Shown in pieces: positions 19,398-29,287 of a stretch of DNA of 64,000 nucleotides (position 1 is its first letter; the number at the start of each line of letters is the position of its first letter). The stretch lies in IMG/VR virus record IMGVR_UViG_3300008952_003529; one strand, 5' to 3'. Source of the DNA: a virus. The position numbers and the translations under genes are program-made. Under the pieces are notes generated by a model. It saw only the letters and a list, made by a program, of their open reading frames with translations. It searched no databases and was not told the origin of the DNA.

Positions 19398-22300
19398 ATG
19401 CGAAAGACGAAACTAATCCCACCCAGTAAATTTATCTCCCTTCATTCACATGACGGGTTTTCTACTTTTGACGGTTTGGGGTACCCACAAGAACACATCG
19501 ATTTTGTTATTGAGAATGGCATGGATGGATGGTGTCTTACTAATCATGGTCATATGAATTCTTTTGGTCATGCATTTCTCCATGCAGAAAAAGTTCAAAA
19601 GCGCGGTGGTTCGTTTAAGTTCGTTCCAGGCTGTGAAATGTATGTGCATCCTGACCTTGAAGTATGGCAGCTCGATTACGAAATTAGGCAAGCAGCAAAG
19701 AAGGGTGACAAGGAGGCTATGTTCGCTCTTAGAGAGCGTCGTGAAGCAATAACAACTCCTCTTACTGCGATCATTGATGGCGATGATGAGATTGTTGATA
19801 TAGGCAAAGAAGACGCTGGCCTCACTGTAGAAAATGAAGAGGAAACCAAGTCTGGGAAATTTTATGATCCAGTAAAGCGTCGTCATCATCTTGTGGTTTT
19901 GCCAAAGACGAGTGAAGGTCTCCAGCGCTTGTTTCATCTCGTAAGTAGAGGTTACAGAGAGGGCTTCTATAGGTTCCCCCGTGTAGACTATAGGATGTTA
20001 AGGGAAGCCGCCCAGGGTGGCCATCTGATGATTTCTACAGCATGTATCGGCGGTCCTATTGCTTATGAGGTGTTTCGACATGCTCAACAGATAGAATTTG
20101 ATGATTTAAAGCATACTTTACTTGACGATCCTTCATTTCACCGTAATGTGATGACAGGAGTTGGGAACGCGTACCAAGGTCTTGTTGATGCGGTTGGAAT
20201 GGATGATGTACATCTAGAGCTTCAATTTAACAAGCTTCCTGCACAACACCTTGTTAATCGTGCGATTATTGAATTTGCAAACAACAATGGTCTAAATGAT
20301 AAGCTTGTCGTTACAACGGATTCACATTATGCTCGTCCTGAGCATTGGCGGGAGCGTGAACTTTACAAGAAGTTGGGGTGGTTAAATTATCGTGAATTCG
20401 ACCCATCTAAGTTGCCACAATCAAGAGATGACTTGAAATGTGAACTCTATCCCAAGAATGCACATCAGGTTTGGGACACATATCTTGAGTCAGCCGATGG
20501 CATGGATTTTTATGATGATCAAATAGTAAAAGATGCGATCGAACGGCCCCATGGGATAGTACATGAGGGTATTCAAGACATTGCCCCTGACCGCACTATG
20601 AAGCTCCCATCTTACGTTGTCCCCGAAGGACAAACTGATGATAAGGCGCTTCTTGAGGCTTGTAAAAAGGGGCTTATTGAACGCGGCTTTGCAAGCGACC
20701 CGAAGTATATTGAGCGCTTGAAGTATGAGTTGAAAGTTATCAAAGACAAGAAGTTTTCTCGATACTTTTTGACCATGACGGCAATCATTAACATCGCAAG
20801 AAAAGCAATGTTGGTCGGTCCTGGCCGAGGCTCCGCCGCCGGCAGTCTTGTTGCGTATGTGCTTCGACTAACAGACGTAGATCCTTTTGAGTACGACTTA
20901 ATGTTCGAGAGATTTTTGAACCCTTCTCGAAAAGGCGCCCCTGATATTGATACCGACGTCGGTGACCGCGATCTTTTGATTCAATTAATGAAAGATGAAT
21001 GGGGTGATGAAAATATCATTCCTATTTCGAACTACAACACCTTTAAGCTAAAATCACTTGTTAAGGATATTTCTCGTTTTTATGGAATTCCATTTCACGA
21101 AGTAAATAAGGCATTGTCCACCGTCGATCAAGACGTACGGCGAGCTGTTTTTAAGCCGGGTACTGATAAGAACCTGTTTGTCCTTTTGTACGAAGACGCG
21201 CTAGCACATTCGTCGAAGTTTCGGACATTCATTGAAAAACATCCAGAAGTAGCAGAGCCTATCCAGGTTTTGTTTAAGCAGAACAAGGCCTTGGGTCGAC
21301 ATGCTGGTGGGTGTATTGTAGCAGAGAATATTTCCGAAAGAATGCCACTAATCAAAGCCCGAGGAGAGCTTCAAACTCCATGGGCCGAAGGGATGAACTA
21401 CAAACATCTTGAAACATTCGGGTGGATTAAGTTTGATCTTCTCGGCCTTGAGACACTACGGATTATCCAAAGAACGATTGAGCTTATCCTTCAACGAAAG
21501 GAGGGTATCGAAGAGCCTACATTCGAGCAGGTTTCGGAGTGGTTTGAGACTCACATGAATCCCAAGATTTTAGATTTGAATGACCAGCATGTTTATGAGC
21601 ATGTTTATGCTGAAGGTCGGTTCCCGGGTGTGTTTCAGTTGGCTAATCGAGGCTCTAGAAATCTCTTTAAGAAAGCCAAGCCAAAGAGCATTGTTGATAT
21701 TGCAACACTGACGTCGATTTATCGTCCTGGTCCACTAACTGCAAAAGTTGATAGACACTACATTAAGGCAAAGAACAATCCGGGCAGTGTGGATTATGGT
21801 CATCCGCTGATTAAAGAAGTTCTTGAAGAAACATATGGGATGATTGTTTTTCAAGAGCAAATCATGCAATTGTGCTCTGTGGTCGCTGGTTTCCCAGAAG
21901 AAGAAACCGACACTGTGCGTCGTAGTATTATGAAGAGAAAGGCATCGGAAGCAGAGGAGTCTTTGGCTCAGGCCAGAGCGATTAAGGAACAGTTCGTTGC
22001 AGGTGCTGTAGGGAATGGTGTCGATCGACAGTTGGCAGACGACCTTTACGAGAAGATTTTGTACTTCTCTGGCTATGGATTCAATAAGGCACATGCTGTT
22101 TCATATGCTATTGACTCTTACTACTGTGCTTGGCTGTTGACGTATTACGAGGAAGAGTGGCTTTGCGCTTATCTAGAAGCTATGTCTGGTAATGATAAAA
22201 AGCGAGCTAAGGCTTTTGCTGAAGTTAAGGCTCTCGGTTATCGGGTTGCTCCAATTGATATCAATTATGCAACCAAGAAGTGGACAATTCTTGAGGGGAA

Positions 22301-23006
22301 AAAGTTCATGCCATCTCTTCTTTCATGTAAGGGCATCGGTGCAGCAGCTATCGACGAGCTTGTAGCTAATCGTCCTTACCAGAAAATTGATGATTTGCTC
22401 TGGACAGAAGACGGAAAATGGAAGCACTCTAAATTTAATAAACGCGCAATGGAGGCGCTGATTAACATTCGTGCATTCGAATCAATGAACCTTATCGGCA
22501 GCGAGTTTGAGTCTTATAAACATATGCATGAAGTCTTGATTGGTAAGAATAACGATATTAAAAAATGGACTAAAAAGGATGCTGATCGCGGAAGAAGAAA
22601 TTATCGAGAAGCATTGTTAGAAACGCAAGGTTGCGGAGACTGGTCTCGCAGAGAGCGTGTCGAGAACAGCGTAAAGCACTTCGGCTCGTTTAACGCATCC
22701 ACCCTAATTTCAGACGAAGTACAAGATAAGTTAACAGAAATGAATATCCATCCTATCGATGCGATTAATGGGCATGATTTGTATTGGTTTCTCGTGTCTG
22801 AGGTGAAGCCAAAGATGACAAAGAATAATCGCCCATATTTGCTCGTTACAGCCACAGCATTGTCAGGTCAAACATACCGAATGTTTTGCTGGGGATGGGA
22901 TGGAGAGACAGAGCTACCACTTTACAGCCTTTGTGTCGCAGAAGTAAAAAAGAACGACTTTGGGTATCAAACGTCAATGAAAAAAGTAAAATTGCTACAA
23001 ATGTGA
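19398..23006 (+). CDS. dnaE: DNA polymerase III alpha subunit (family C)
   Basis: PHP domain (LHSH, TNHG, GCE, TDSHY), GPGRGSAAGSLVAY, PDIDTD, GRHAGG, KFDLLGL, FSGYGFNKAHA; C-terminal OB fold. Confidence 0.95.
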   Translation: MRKTKLIPPSKFISLHSHDGFSTFDGLGYPQEHIDFVIENGMDGWCLTNHGHMNSFGHAFLHAEKVQKRGGSFKFVPGCEMYVHPDLEVWQLDYEIRQAAKKGDKEAMFALRERREAITTPLTAIIDGDDEIVDIGKEDAGLTVENEEETKSGKFYDPVKRRHHLVVLPKTSEGLQRLFHLVSRGYREGFYRFPRVDYRMLREAAQGGHLMISTACIGGPIAYEVFRHAQQIEFDDLKHTLLDDPSFHRNVMTGVGNAYQGLVDAVGMDDVHLELQFNKLPAQHLVNRAIIEFANNNGLNDKLVVTTDSHYARPEHWRERELYKKLGWLNYREFDPSKLPQSRDDLKCELYPKNAHQVWDTYLESADGMDFYDDQIVKDAIERPHGIVHEGIQDIAPDRTMKLPSYVVPEGQTDDKALLEACKKGLIERGFASDPKYIERLKYELKVIKDKKFSRYFLTMTAIINIARKAMLVGPGRGSAAGSLVAYVLRLTDVDPFEYDLMFERFLNPSRKGAPDIDTDVGDRDLLIQLMKDEWGDENIIPISNYNTFKLKSLVKDISRFYGIPFHEVNKALSTVDQDVRRAVFKPGTDKNLFVLLYEDALAHSSKFRTFIEKHPEVAEPIQVLFKQNKALGRHAGGCIVAENISERMPLIKARGELQTPWAEGMNYKHLETFGWIKFDLLGLETLRIIQRTIELILQRKEGIEEPTFEQVSEWFETHMNPKILDLNDQHVYEHVYAEGRFPGVFQLANRGSRNLFKKAKPKSIVDIATLTSIYRPGPLTAKVDRHYIKAKNNPGSVDYGHPLIKEVLEETYGMIVFQEQIMQLCSVVAGFPEEETDTVRRSIMKRKASEAEESLAQARAIKEQFVAGAVGNGVDRQLADDLYEKILYFSGYGFNKAHAVSYAIDSYYCAWLLTYYEEEWLCAYLEAMSGNDKKRAKAFAEVKALGYRVAPIDINYATKKWTILEGKKFMPSLLSCKGIGAAAIDELVANRPYQKIDDLLWTEDGKWKHSKFNKRAMEALINIRAFESMNLIGSEFESYKHMHEVLIGKNNDIKKWTKKDADRGRRNYREALLETQGCGDWSRRERVENSVKHFGSFNASTLISDEVQDKLTEMNIHPIDAINGHDLYWFLVSEVKPKMTKNNRPYLLVTATALSGQTYRMFCWGWDGETELPLYSLCVAEVKKNDFGYQTSMKKVKLLQM

Positions 23007-23040
23007 TAAAATAAACTGACTAAAGGTTATGGAGTAAGAA

Positions 23041-24069
23041 TTGTACGCAGGAAGTTTCGAGAGTTTTACTGAATGTTATATTGAGTTGATTAAAGAGGTC
23101 TATAACAATCCGACCTATATGTCAGCTCCTCGTGGGCAAAAGATTAAAGAAAAACTGGGTGTTTCATTTACAATCGAGAACCCCAGAGATCGAATTCCGT
23201 ATGTTGCGGGTCGAAAATTTAGTATTTCTTATATGGTCGCTGAGCTATTGTGGTACCTTTCAGCCAATAATAAGACTGAGTGGATTTCAAGGTATTCGGC
23301 TTTCTGGAAAGATATTAGTGATGATGGTGTAACTGCAAACTCTGCTTATGGTGCCCGCTTGTTTGAGAAGCACCCCAAGATTGCCGATGGCCGTTATAGA
23401 CAGTGGCAATATGTTGTAAATGAGCTTAATCGTGATAGAGATTCTAGAAGAGCCGTGATGCACCTACGTGTTCCAGCTGATAGTATCGATGCTCGGCTTG
23501 ATGTTCCCTGTACTTTATCACTTCAATTTTTTATTCGTGATGAAAAGCTCCACATGATTGTGAATATGCGCAGTTCTGACCTTATTTTTGGGATTGCTTA
23601 TGATATACCTGCATTTACACTTTTCCAGGAAATTTTAGCTGAGCAACTGGAAGTCGGCCTCGGTTCTTATACACACATGAGTAATTCTCTTCATATTTAC
23701 GAGCGGCATTTCGAGATGGTCGAAGGTATTTTGGCCAGAGAAAATCGTACTCTTAAACTTCACGAAACTCATGGTCCAATGCCTCCACTCGGATCATTGA
23801 ATTGTAAGCAGTGGGTTCTTGAAGGGTGGATTGAGACACTAATGAAAGCTGAAGATCATATTAGCAGCTTAACTAGCCCGATAGAAATTCAGCAAGCATT
23901 TAATACTCATTTCATATCGACAGAAGAAGCTGACAACGTTTGGTCAGACTGGGCCAGGGTCTTGGCCGCACACAGATTAAGAAAGCTTGGCTTTACTGAA
24001 GATGCGAACCGTGTTCAAAACCAGACGGCATTTTCTGGTTATTCATTCAACATTAAAAAAGAGGGATAG
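23041..24069 (+). CDS. Thymidylate-synthase-fold enzyme, probable dCMP hydroxymethylase (T4 gp42-like)
   Basis: PCTLSLQFFIRDEKLHMIVNMRSSDLIFGIAYD and SLHIYERHF. Asp188 occupies the pyrimidine-specificity position that is Asn in ThyA. TTG start. Confidence 0.75.
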   Translation: MYAGSFESFTECYIELIKEVYNNPTYMSAPRGQKIKEKLGVSFTIENPRDRIPYVAGRKFSISYMVAELLWYLSANNKTEWISRYSAFWKDISDDGVTANSAYGARLFEKHPKIADGRYRQWQYVVNELNRDRDSRRAVMHLRVPADSIDARLDVPCTLSLQFFIRDEKLHMIVNMRSSDLIFGIAYDIPAFTLFQEILAEQLEVGLGSYTHMSNSLHIYERHFEMVEGILARENRTLKLHETHGPMPPLGSLNCKQWVLEGWIETLMKAEDHISSLTSPIEIQQAFNTHFISTEEADNVWSDWARVLAAHRLRKLGFTEDANRVQNQTAFSGYSFNIKKEG

Positions 24070-24071
24070 AA

Positions 24072-25196
24072 GTGACAAATTACGATTATCTTATTGTCGG
24101 CGCCGGACTTTTTGGTGCAACTTTTGCGAGGGAAATGACAGATGCTGGAAAAAAGTGCCTTGTTATTGACAAGCGTCCGCATATTGGCGGAAACGTTTAT
24201 TCAGAAAATAGGAATGGAGTTGATGTGCATGTATACGGAGCTCATATTTTTCATACTAGTAGTGATCGTATTTGGGAGTATGTAAATCGATTTGCAACAT
24301 TCAACAATTACGTCAATAAACCAAAGGTCAGGTTTGGCGATAGGATTTTTTCTTTTCCTATTAATTTAATGACGCTACACCAGCTTTGGGGTGTGATGAC
24401 ACCTGCGGAAGCCGAGGCAAAGCTTAAGGAAGTTCGTATTCCATGCGAGAATCCAGATAATTTAGAGGACTGGATCTTATCTCAAGTTGGTCGTGAAGTA
24501 TATGAGACATTCATTCGTGGATACACAATGAAGCAATGGCAAAGGGATCCTCGAGAGCTACCTGCATCAATCATTAAGCGACTTCCCATTCGTATGGTTT
24601 TCGAGGAGAATTATTTCTTTGACAAGTATCAAGGGATTCCTGTCAAAGGGTATACAGAGATGGTCAATAATATGCTTGAGGATATTACGGTCATGACCGG
24701 CATGGATTACTTCGCACAACGTGAACACTTCAATTCTTTAGCGGAAACAGTCGTATTTACTGGGAAGGTGGATGAGTATTTTGATTTTTGCCATGGTGAA
24801 CTAGAGTATAGAACTCTCCGATTTGAGCATGAAGAGCTCGAAGGGGATTTCCAGGGAAATGCAGTTGTGAACTATACCTCACCAGACATTCCCTTCACTC
24901 GAATCGTTGAGCACAAACATTTTCTACCGTCTACCGCAAGCAAGTTGCCTAATACTATTGTTACACGAGAATATTCTGACGAGTATAAGCGAGGAAAGAC
25001 GCCGTATTATCCCATTAACAATGATCGAAATAACATGATGTATAAGAAATATGCAGCGATGGCCGCCGCGGAAGATGATGTAATTTTTGGTGGTAGGTTG
25101 GCAGAGTACAAATATTATGATATGCATCAAGTTATTGGTTCTGCGCTTGTAAAAGCCAAGCGAGAGCTCAATAATCAATCAATGGAGAAAGAATGA
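24072..25196 (+). CDS. glf: UDP-galactopyranose mutase
   Basis: YDYLIVGAGLFG FAD motif, HIGGN, YGAHIFHT, RIVEHKHF, PYYPIN, GRLAEYKYYDMHQVI. Confidence 0.95.
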   Translation: MTNYDYLIVGAGLFGATFAREMTDAGKKCLVIDKRPHIGGNVYSENRNGVDVHVYGAHIFHTSSDRIWEYVNRFATFNNYVNKPKVRFGDRIFSFPINLMTLHQLWGVMTPAEAEAKLKEVRIPCENPDNLEDWILSQVGREVYETFIRGYTMKQWQRDPRELPASIIKRLPIRMVFEENYFFDKYQGIPVKGYTEMVNNMLEDITVMTGMDYFAQREHFNSLAETVVFTGKVDEYFDFCHGELEYRTLRFEHEELEGDFQGNAVVNYTSPDIPFTRIVEHKHFLPSTASKLPNTIVTREYSDEYKRGKTPYYPINNDRNNMMYKKYAAMAAAEDDVIFGGRLAEYKYYDMHQVIGSALVKAKRELNNQSMEKE

Positions 25197-25399
25197 GCCG
25201 TATTAATAGAGGCCGCCGCCGCAAAGAAGAACTTCGTGAAGTAGTAGAAGAAAATACAAAGGAACGTGCTAAACGATCGCCACAGCAGCAATTGGATTTG
25301 CTTGATGAAAGACTTGGCATCGGAATCGGAGCAGTTCGCGAACGAAAGCACTTACAGAAACTTTTAGCAAATAGTAAAAATAAAAAGGACAAAAAATGA
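25193..25399 (+). CDS. Small basic hypothetical protein
   Basis: ATGA overlaps on both sides within the operon. Confidence 0.65.
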   Translation: MSRINRGRRRKEELREVVEENTKERAKRSPQQQLDLLDERLGIGIGAVRERKHLQKLLANSKNKKDKK

Positions 25400-26451
25400 G
25401 AGTACTTTACAGCTTTTGGGGATTTATTACCCCTCTTGAGAAAAACAGCATTGTCGACACACCTGATGGTGAACGAGGAAATCGAGTTGACTGGGTAAAC
25501 GAACTATTAAAGCGCGGTCATACACCAATTCAGCTTCAAAAGATGCGTGATGACGAGCAGTATCTGGGGGTTGAGTATGACGACTCTGGTTTCCCTGATG
25601 GCGATATTCTTTATGTAGAGTGGCGCTGGCCGACCTGGAAGAATTCCGGTCAGAATCCTGTTGAGTCTGATTATAATCGCCAATGCGAAGTACTTGACTA
25701 TTACCATGAACAAGGAATTCCCATTGTGATAGTTGACGGTGATTTGAAGATGACGCCTGAGGAAGAGTTGCGCTGGCCAGATGCCATCTTAGCAGATGCA
25801 TGTGTCGACCCCCAGCACCAAACTCGTAAGCGTATTACAATTCCCTGGTGCAATTATATGAAGCGATACTTCGATCCAGTAGAATATTCGTACAATTATA
25901 CATACGTCGGTAACAATTACGAACGTGAATATCAATTCGGGAAATACTATATTGACCCAAGCCGATATCTGAGAGAGGAGGGAATCCAGACTACGATTTA
26001 TGGAAATTGGCTTCAGAAATCGCCTGAAAGAGTTGATCCGGGAGAGCTCTTAGCCAAGACGCCTTGCGTTGCGTTTGGACCTCGCTTGGCATACAAAGAT
26101 ATTTTTAGTGTATTGAACTCTTCTATCACGGTAACTCACATTACAAAGGATGCGTATACTCCATTTGGCAACATCACAGGAAGATTTTTTGAGGCGATCA
26201 AAAGTAACGTTCCTGCGTTGATTCCAATTGAGTTTCGGCATGCATTACCTGTCGGGCTAAAGGGTGGCGCTCTTGTGGTTGAAACGGCAGATGATGTGAT
26301 CGATAAGGTGAAGTGGATTTCAACGTTAAGTGCCACAGAGCGAAAAGCGCTAGTCGACGAGCAAGAAGAAGCTCTACGTACTGTTATCGACCCTCGCCCT
26401 GAATATCGCACTGATCTTCTTGAACATATTGTGGGAGATTATCAAGCATGA
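25396..26451 (+). CDS. GT-B glycosyltransferase, T4 DNA beta-glucosyltransferase-like
   Basis: C-terminal half (YVGN, IYGN, ITGRFFEAIKSNVPALIPIEF, VIDKVKWI...ERKALVDEQEEAL) parallels the T4 BGT C-terminal domain as recalled; lies between glf and a kinase gene. Confidence 0.65.
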   Translation: MRVLYSFWGFITPLEKNSIVDTPDGERGNRVDWVNELLKRGHTPIQLQKMRDDEQYLGVEYDDSGFPDGDILYVEWRWPTWKNSGQNPVESDYNRQCEVLDYYHEQGIPIVIVDGDLKMTPEEELRWPDAILADACVDPQHQTRKRITIPWCNYMKRYFDPVEYSYNYTYVGNNYEREYQFGKYYIDPSRYLREEGIQTTIYGNWLQKSPERVDPGELLAKTPCVAFGPRLAYKDIFSVLNSSITVTHITKDAYTPFGNITGRFFEAIKSNVPALIPIEFRHALPVGLKGGALVVETADDVIDKVKWISTLSATERKALVDEQEEALRTVIDPRPEYRTDLLEHIVGDYQA

Positions 26452-27011
26452 AAGTTGCATTTATTGGTCCCGATATGACGGGGAAATCGAACATCGCTGC
26501 TGAGCTTTCGAAACAAACGGGCGTTCCAGTTTTTAAGAATTCTGGAGAGTGGAAAACGCAGTTAAACAGCTCGGAGTACTTTCTTAACCTACTGAGATTT
26601 GGTGGCCCATTTTTGATGGATTTCATCCGGCAAACAAACGTATCAGTCATCTTAGACCGTTTTTATCCTTGTGAGATGGTATATTCGCAAGCTTTCGGTC
26701 GAGAAACGGACGACACCGCATTAGCGTGGATGGACAAGAATTTCGCAGAGGTAGGCGGAAAGTTCATTATTTGCGTTCGGAATGACTATTCAGATTTGAT
26801 TGATGATCAATATCCTGAAGACCTGCCGCCAAATGTATTGGGTGCTTTAACTCTTCATTATCGAAAGTTTGCTAAATGGACAGGGTGTGAATGCTTGATT
26901 TTGGAAACAGATGATATGGACCTGAACAATCAGGTAAAAAAGATTAAAATGTTCTTAGGAATTAAGAATAGGGAAGATATGCAAGCGGAGGATTTTTGTA
27001 GTCATGCGTAA
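26448..27011 (+). CDS. Deoxynucleoside monophosphate kinase (thymidylate kinase-like)
   Basis: P-loop GPDMTGKS and ILDRFYPCEMVYS motif. Confidence 0.8.
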   Translation: MKVAFIGPDMTGKSNIAAELSKQTGVPVFKNSGEWKTQLNSSEYFLNLLRFGGPFLMDFIRQTNVSVILDRFYPCEMVYSQAFGRETDDTALAWMDKNFAEVGGKFIICVRNDYSDLIDDQYPEDLPPNVLGALTLHYRKFAKWTGCECLILETDDMDLNNQVKKIKMFLGIKNREDMQAEDFCSHA

Positions 27012-27996
27012 AGCTTTAGTTACTGGCTGTTGTGGTTTTATTGGTGGACATCTTACTAGAATGTTAGTGAAAGATGGGTGGAATGTTGTTGGCGTCGACG
27101 ATCTTTCAAATGGTGATCCAGACGTCCTTCATGATATTGATATTCGATGTGTCCCACCGGCACTTCTCCCTGCCTATAACGGCGCGGAAGATGTAGACAA
27201 GACACTTATTATTACTGGTGATTTTGCAAATGAACATATTCTCATGAGAGCCGACCGCGGCGATTTTGATGTTATTTTTCATCTTGCCGCGAATCCACGG
27301 GTAGAGTATTCTGTAAAGAACCCTGCATCGACAACTCATACAAACGTCCAGAAGACGATTGAGCTAATGACTGCGGCCGTTGGAAAGATTGATCGATTTG
27401 TATTTGCTTCTTCTTCCGCAGTGTATGGTAACGGGGTTTCATTACCAACCAAAGAGTCTGAGTCAACAAATCCTCAATCTCCATACGCTCTACAGAAACT
27501 TGTAGTTGAGCAATTCGGTGAAATGTACAGTGAACTCTATGGCTTAGATTTTGTTGCATTGAGGTTTTTCAATGTATACGGCCCCGGACAGCTTGGGAGT
27601 TCTCCGTATTCTACTGCAATCGCCGCGTGGTGTGATAAGCTGAAGGCTGGAAAGCCCCTCCGAAGTGACGGGGACGGGGAGCAAAGTAGAGATATGGTTT
27701 ATGTTGAGGATGTCTCCAGGGCCCTTATTACGTGTGCAGAACGAAACAGCTCCTTTGGATTTGAAGTATATAACGTAGGCGCAGGTCAATCATTGACAAA
27801 TAATCAAATTTTGAATGGCCTTCGTGAATATTTTCCATCAATGGAAATCACGCATGCGCCTGAACGAACAGGAGACGTCAAGCATACTTTGGCTAACGTT
27901 AATAAGATTGAAACTGAAGTTCTATTTTCGGCAAAAGTACATTTTTGGCGAGGCTTACGAGACACCCTTTTATGGTGGGAGCTAATTGATGAATAA
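27004..27996 (+). CDS. NAD-dependent nucleotide-sugar epimerase/dehydratase (GalE-like extended SDR)
   Basis: VTGCCGFIGGHL, FHLAA, ASSSAVYG, SPYALQK (YxxxK), RFFNVYGP, RDMVYVED. Confidence 0.9.
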   Translation: MRKALVTGCCGFIGGHLTRMLVKDGWNVVGVDDLSNGDPDVLHDIDIRCVPPALLPAYNGAEDVDKTLIITGDFANEHILMRADRGDFDVIFHLAANPRVEYSVKNPASTTHTNVQKTIELMTAAVGKIDRFVFASSSAVYGNGVSLPTKESESTNPQSPYALQKLVVEQFGEMYSELYGLDFVALRFFNVYGPGQLGSSPYSTAIAAWCDKLKAGKPLRSDGDGEQSRDMVYVEDVSRALITCAERNSSFGFEVYNVGAGQSLTNNQILNGLREYFPSMEITHAPERTGDVKHTLANVNKIETEVLFSAKVHFWRGLRDTLLWWELIDE

Positions 27997-28426
27997 AAAC
28001 GCATGGATTGGGAAGTCAACAGTATCGGAAAAACCCTGGGGTATAGAGACTGCATGGGCTGCTCTTCCTACGATCGCTGGAAAGAAGCTGGAAATCATGG
28101 AAGGAAAATGTACGAGTCTTAAATTTCATAAACATAAGAATGAAGTCTTATTTGTCGCGATGGGGAGCGTAAATGTTATATTCGCCTCAGAGCGCCACTT
28201 TATAGACCCGGTCCAGTATCCGTCAGAGAGTAGAGATTTGGTCCCTGGCCAACTACTGAATGTACAAGCTGGATGTCCATATCGAATATATGCAAAGAAA
28301 AATTCGATTGTGTATGAAATTTCTGACGGAACTACCTCAGACCAACCCGTGCGCTTAGAAGATGAATATGGTAGGGAAATCGATGCGAATCTTACTGATT
28401 ATCGGTTTACTTATCCTAAGGAGTAG
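27986..28426 (+). CDS. Cupin-domain protein (mannose-6-phosphate isomerase type II-like)
   Basis: EKPWG, SLKFHKHKNE, PYRI, EIS...VRLED pattern. Confidence 0.7.
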   Translation: MMNKNAWIGKSTVSEKPWGIETAWAALPTIAGKKLEIMEGKCTSLKFHKHKNEVLFVAMGSVNVIFASERHFIDPVQYPSESRDLVPGQLLNVQAGCPYRIYAKKNSIVYEISDGTTSDQPVRLEDEYGREIDANLTDYRFTYPKE

Positions 28427-28447
28427 TACTTATTTCACGGAGGAAAT

Positions 28448-29287
28448 ATGAGTTCTTTAGACCCAAATTCGGTTGACGTGGTGATTTATCACGCAGACTG
28501 CACTGATGGTTTCGGTGCTGCGTATTCTGCATGGAAGTTGCTAGGAAATCGAGCTGAGTTTCATGCTTGTAAGCATGGTAACCCACCACCAAAGGTGAAG
28601 GGTAAGAACGTCGTTATTTTAGATTTTTCTTTTAGCAATGAAGTTACAAAAAAGATGATTAAGTCCGCCAAGAACTTACTGGTTATTGATCATCACAAGT
28701 CTGCGATGGTTGAGTTGCATGATATAACCAACACACATTTCGATATGACGAAATCGGGTGCAATACTTTCTTGGGAGTTCTTTCACCCAGGGAAGGAACC
28801 ACCAAAATTTATAAGGTATATCCAGGATAGAGATTTGTGGAAGTGGGAACTCGAGTATTCTAAAGAGTTTAGCGCGGCCTTCGATATGGTACCTTTTGAT
28901 TTTGAAGAATTTGAAAAATTTGAGGACGATTCAGTATTTGATGATGCAAGAAAACGCGGATCTTATATTTTGGCTTACTCAAAGACTGTTATCAAGAAAG
29001 TTTGTGAGAAAGCTGTCCCTCGTAAATATGAGGGAAAAGACATACTTGTTGTCAACGCTTCTCACTGGATGTCTGAGATCGGCGCACGCCTTTCTCCTGA
29101 TTGTGACTTTGCATTGATCTGGTATTGGGACCACGAAGATAAGGTCACCAAAGTCAGCTTACGCGCTTTCCATGAAACTATAGATGTGTCCGAAATTGCT
29201 AAAAAGTTCGGTGGCGGAGGGCACAAAAAAGCCGCCGGATTTACACTACCAAAGGAAACTCATGTCGAGGAACTTTTTGACTCTTAA
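28448..29287 (+). CDS. DHH/DHHA1 phosphoesterase
   Basis: YHADCTDG, ILDFS, IDHH, QDRDLW, GGGGHKKAAGF; GGAGG RBS. Confidence 0.88.
   Translation: MSSLDPNSVDVVIYHADCTDGFGAAYSAWKLLGNRAEFHACKHGNPPPKVKGKNVVILDFSFSNEVTKKMIKSAKNLLVIDHHKSAMVELHDITNTHFDMTKSGAILSWEFFHPGKEPPKFIRYIQDRDLWKWELEYSKEFSAAFDMVPFDFEEFEKFEDDSVFDDARKRGSYILAYSKTVIKKVCEKAVPRKYEGKDILVVNASHWMSEIGARLSPDCDFALIWYWDHEDKVTKVSLRAFHETIDVSEIAKKFGGGGHKKAAGFTLPKETHVEELFDS

Noticed and set aside
3089-23006. Inteins or group I introns in recA, helicase, nrdJ or dnaE
   Set aside because: ORFs are continuous and of normal length, with no C/S...HN splice motifs or homing endonuclease motifs recognised.
23041-24069. Ordinary thymidylate synthase ThyA
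   Set aside because: It has PCT instead of PCH and Asp instead of Asn at the specificity site, and thyX is present separately.
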